Of a stretch of 64,000 nt of DNA, positions 61,311-64,000 are shown in pieces. Within the stretch, counting starts at the first letter, position 1. The number at the start of each line of letters is the position of its first letter. This DNA is from Candidatus Hadarchaeales archaeon (GTDB taxonomy: Archaea; Hadarchaeota; Hadarchaeia; Hadarchaeales; Hadarchaeaceae), in assembly GCA_038872135.1 (NCBI GenBank), contig JAVZGN010000002.1, positions 49,031 to 113,030 on the forward strand, read 5' to 3'. A model generated the notes under the pieces. It worked only from the letters and a program-made list of their open reading frames with translations. It was not told the DNA's origin and made no database searches. The position numbers and the translations under genes are program-made.

Positions 61311-61549
61311 GTTCTCACCTATAAATTCCTATGCAGACATTCAAATAAAATGTTAGGGCAGGCGAAATTTTTGTTTGCAGTTCCCTTATATTTTCGACAA
61401 CCCTGTTCCGCACCTCCTTATCGGGTTTAGGAAATCGCGGTCAACCCACTCTGATGAAATGAGAGAATACCTCGCTTATCGATGCCTATGCTTTCTCAAA
61501 AACTGGATTTAGCGGCTGAAACCGACAAAACCCTTTTTGGAGAAAGAGT

Positions 61550-61575
61550 GTTCCGCAGGTTTAAATATCTCCGCA
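61550..61575 (+). repeat. 26-bp direct repeat, copy 2
   Basis: See 60468-60493; contains a TTTAAATA box. Confidence 0.85.
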
Positions 61576-61595
61576 CAGAAATCTCATCGGACAAA

Positions 61596-61889
61596 ATGAG
61601 TGTGCCACCTGAGATAGCGTGGCTGCTTCCGATTGCCGTTCCGTTCATCATCGGGTTGCTTGTGGGAGCAGTTGTGAAAAAGGCGGTGAAGCTATTGATA
61701 GCGGTCGTGGCCTTGGTTGTCGTCCTGATTGCCACCGGAGCCATAAGCCTAAGATTTCAAGATATTTACTCCAAAGCTATGGAGTTTCTGCCGAAGATTT
61801 ATGAAAGTGGCAGCGCGGTTGTCAACGTCCTTCCCTATTCTTCGGCGGCGTTCCTGATAGGGCTGGCGATCGGCCTCTGGAAGGGCTGA
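61596..61889 (+). CDS. Small membrane protein, FUN14-like
   Basis: FIIGLLVGAVVKKAVKLL...G.ISL...LPYSSAAFLIGLAIGL. Confidence 0.7.
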   Translation: MSVPPEIAWLLPIAVPFIIGLLVGAVVKKAVKLLIAVVALVVVLIATGAISLRFQDIYSKAMEFLPKIYESGSAVVNVLPYSSAAFLIGLAIGLWKG

Positions 61890-62189
61890 AGCTAAGCAAA
61901 AGGGCAGAAACAGGTCTCACCTCAAAGGCATGAGGATTTTGAGGTCAAGGCACCAGCATTTTGCAAAATCTAAAGATCAGTTTCTCTATTGCCAAGCATA
62001 TAACGGCTGTGGATATATAGAAACCAAGCATTTGTGTGAAAATAAGGTTCTGAATCGCGCCCCACTTATCGCACTGACCCATGTTGTCTGCGCCCCCGGT
62101 AGCACGAGGGCGATTTCGTGAACAAAGTAGATATCCTAACATTCGGCTATATTCCAGATGGAGGACAACCGGCTTTTGTAAGGACCAAT

Positions 62190-62813
62190 TTAAAACAAGA
62201 CAAAAGCTGGAGGACAGTAAAGCCCCGCCTCAGGGTCATCTTTGAATAGCCTTCCGGGGGCTCGCGAGCTTTTCACCTGAACTTCAACCGGAACCTTGGT
62301 CCCGTTCATCCAGTGAAAGACCTCAACGTGAGTTTGATCGAGCCCGGGAAGAGTGCCCCATCCAGGAATGGCAACCCCTCTGAGGACTATCTCCTCCCCC
62401 GGTCCGATTTTCTCCACCAGCCATTCATCGATGCTGTCCCCCGGCATCACTTCTCCATCTCTTGCACCATCCGCCAAGTGATATTCTTGAGTTGCCACAA
62501 CCTTGAGATTTCTGTATGTCCTGTTTGAGTTGTTTTTTATGCGCACCTCATAGGGCACAGGCCTGGAGATGAAGTAGACGGGATAAACTCCGAAATATTG
62601 TGGAGCATACTCCCCGCCTGCATGATAGGTCCAGTTCCAAGCTGGGAAATAGTAGGTGGCTCCCCTCTCATCAATTGTGAGGACCCCTGGAGCATTCAGA
62701 TATTCAACGGTGATCTCGAGCGGCGCTGCATCTCCGATATGCTTTCCCCCAGCTCCAGCAACCGGAGCGAGCATGAGCAGGAGAACGACTGCGGAGAGGA
62801 TGATGCCCTTCAT
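62190..62813 (-). CDS. Secreted beta-sandwich protein of unknown function
   Basis: Signal peptide MKGIILSAVVLLLMLAPVAGA; YEVRIKN...IGPGEEIVL. Confidence 0.75.
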   Translation of the reverse strand: MKGIILSAVVLLLMLAPVAGAGGKHIGDAAPLEITVEYLNAPGVLTIDERGATYYFPAWNWTYHAGGEYAPQYFGVYPVYFISRPVPYEVRIKNNSNRTYRNLKVVATQEYHLADGARDGEVMPGDSIDEWLVEKIGPGEEIVLRGVAIPGWGTLPGLDQTHVEVFHWMNGTKVPVEVQVKSSRAPGRLFKDDPEAGLYCPPAFVLF

Positions 62814-62838
62814 TGATTTTACCTCATGGCTACTCTTT

Positions 62839-62964
62839 TTAATTGTTGTTGTTCATGTGCCCGCAGTTGGGACAGGGGTTGTGCTGGTAGTCGAGCATCA
62901 GCGGGTACTGGTAGTAAAGTCCGCATCTCCCGCAGATGGTTGGCATTGGCTTTACCTCGGCCAT
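62839..62964 (-). CDS. 41-aa zinc-finger microprotein (CxxCG...CPxCG)
   Basis: Manual translation MAEVKPMPTICGRCGLYYQYPLMLDYQHNPCPNCGHMNNNN; GGTGAGG SD immediately upstream. Confidence 0.7.
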   Translation of the reverse strand: MAEVKPMPTICGRCGLYYQYPLMLDYQHNPCPNCGHMNNNN

Positions 62965-63072
62965 CTTCCTCACCAATATCTTCTCTGTTCCTCGAAGTAT
63001 AAATATATTTCTATTTAAGTAAAATTTGAATTATACAAAAACTTCATCTGCTGAGGGGAGAAATAACGGCAG

Positions 63073-63855
63073 ATGCAGATAGCACCAGTTCCAGATGTTC
63101 CCGCTTTAAGAATAAAGGACAAAAATGAGCGCATTCTGGCGATTACTGATTTACACATAGGGATTGAATGGGAACTTTCAAAGCAGGGGATTTCTCTGCC
63201 CAGCCAGGTCCCGAGACTGAAGAAGAGGCTGCTAAACTTGATAAAAGAGGAGAGAGCCAAGCGTCTGATTTTTTTGGGAGACATCAAACACAACATCCCC
63301 GTCTCTAGCTGGCAGGAATGGAGTGAAATTCCGCGCCTTCTTCAGGACCTCGCGGAAGTGGTTGAGGTGGAAATCATCCCTGGCAATCACGATGGTGACA
63401 TCAAGGGGATGGTTCCAAAAGATGTTATCGTCCACGACGTCAAAGGAATAATCATTGGAAAAATCGGGCTTGTTCACGGGCACGCGTGGCCCAAGCCTGA
63501 ACTCTTCCAGACCGAACTCTTGGTTACTGGACATGACCACCCGGCTGTAGAGTTCAGGGACTCGATCGGCGGAAGAATTTTTGAAAAAGTCTGGCTCAGG
63601 GGAAAGCTGAACCCGAAAAAAATGCCAAAAAAGTTTAGAGAAGCTGTCGGAAAGAAGCCTCCTGAGTTCCTTGTGGTCCCGGCTTTCAGCGAGCTGGTTG
63701 GCGGCACAGCTGTCAATGGAAAATTGCAAAAACCGCTGGTTGGACCATTTTTCAAGTCGGGGGCGGTCGATTTGAACAGGGCTGAGATTTACCTTCTGGA
63801 TGGAACATTTCTTGGAGAGGTGAGAATTTTAAAGCGGATAGGAGGTGCCCAATAG
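63073..63855 (+). CDS. Metallophosphoesterase (ICC-like, COG1407 type)
   Basis: DLHIG, LGDIKH, PGNHDG, HGH, GHDHP, VPAFS. Confidence 0.9.
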   Translation: MQIAPVPDVPALRIKDKNERILAITDLHIGIEWELSKQGISLPSQVPRLKKRLLNLIKEERAKRLIFLGDIKHNIPVSSWQEWSEIPRLLQDLAEVVEVEIIPGNHDGDIKGMVPKDVIVHDVKGIIIGKIGLVHGHAWPKPELFQTELLVTGHDHPAVEFRDSIGGRIFEKVWLRGKLNPKKMPKKFREAVGKKPPEFLVVPAFSELVGGTAVNGKLQKPLVGPFFKSGAVDLNRAEIYLLDGTFLGEVRILKRIGGAQ

Positions 63856-63938
63856 GTGCTCGGCCCACGACTGGCCAAAACATAAAGAGGTCTGGGTAAT
63901 TAAAAAGCGCTGGGTCATTACCTAAGACTGTCCGTAAG

Positions 63939-64000
63939 CTAGCACATTCTCTTCACAAGCCCGTCAAAGCCGGAGTCAAAGCTTGCGATGCTCTCTATTC
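63939..64000 (-). CDS. C-terminus of a probable PIN/VapC-domain protein (partial)
   Basis: IESIASFDSGFDGLVKRMC* resembles the PIN C-terminal S-F-D-x-x-F-D motif. Confidence 0.5.
   Translation of the reverse strand, partial: IESIASFDSGFDGLVKRMC

Noticed and set aside
61930-62180. Short ORFs 61930-62121 and 61945-62142
   Set aside because: No motifs, no clear ribosome-binding site and no recognisable homology.

Overview
Archaeal chromosomal window. Gene content and style suggest a Hadarchaeota-like or Thermococci-related lineage; this taxonomy is inferred. Most of the window is housekeeping: ether-lipid enzymes, a priS-gins-rpl44e-rps27e-aIF2a-nop10 operon, a riboflavin operon, gluconeogenesis (FBP aldolase/phosphatase, PPDK), a dph2-csl4-rpoL-tfs-pcna-priL operon, archaeosine TGT and tRNA-Val(GAC). 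Several small genes missing from the ORF track were read by hand: a ferredoxin, nop10, rpl40e and a 41-aa zinc finger. The main candidate for a new system is a cell-surface module present twice. An 11.6-kb gene encodes a 3861-aa membrane-anchored protein with about 21 FnIII/Ig-like modules and about 50 Trp-rich 16-aa repeats. A 905-aa DUF2341/Kelch protein carries 3 of the same repeats. Each gene sits next to a paralogous small single-pass protein whose N-terminal segment resembles the repeat; the first locus also has a MinD ATPase and a divergent regulator with a palindromic operator. These exported proteins show a strong (D/E)-N dipeptide bias. Also notable are an eS26-like ribosomal protein, a probable 40-kb inversion separating priL from priS, and a direct-repeat-flanked 1.1-kb islet beside the tRNA. 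All assignments come from motif recognition by eye, with no database searches.
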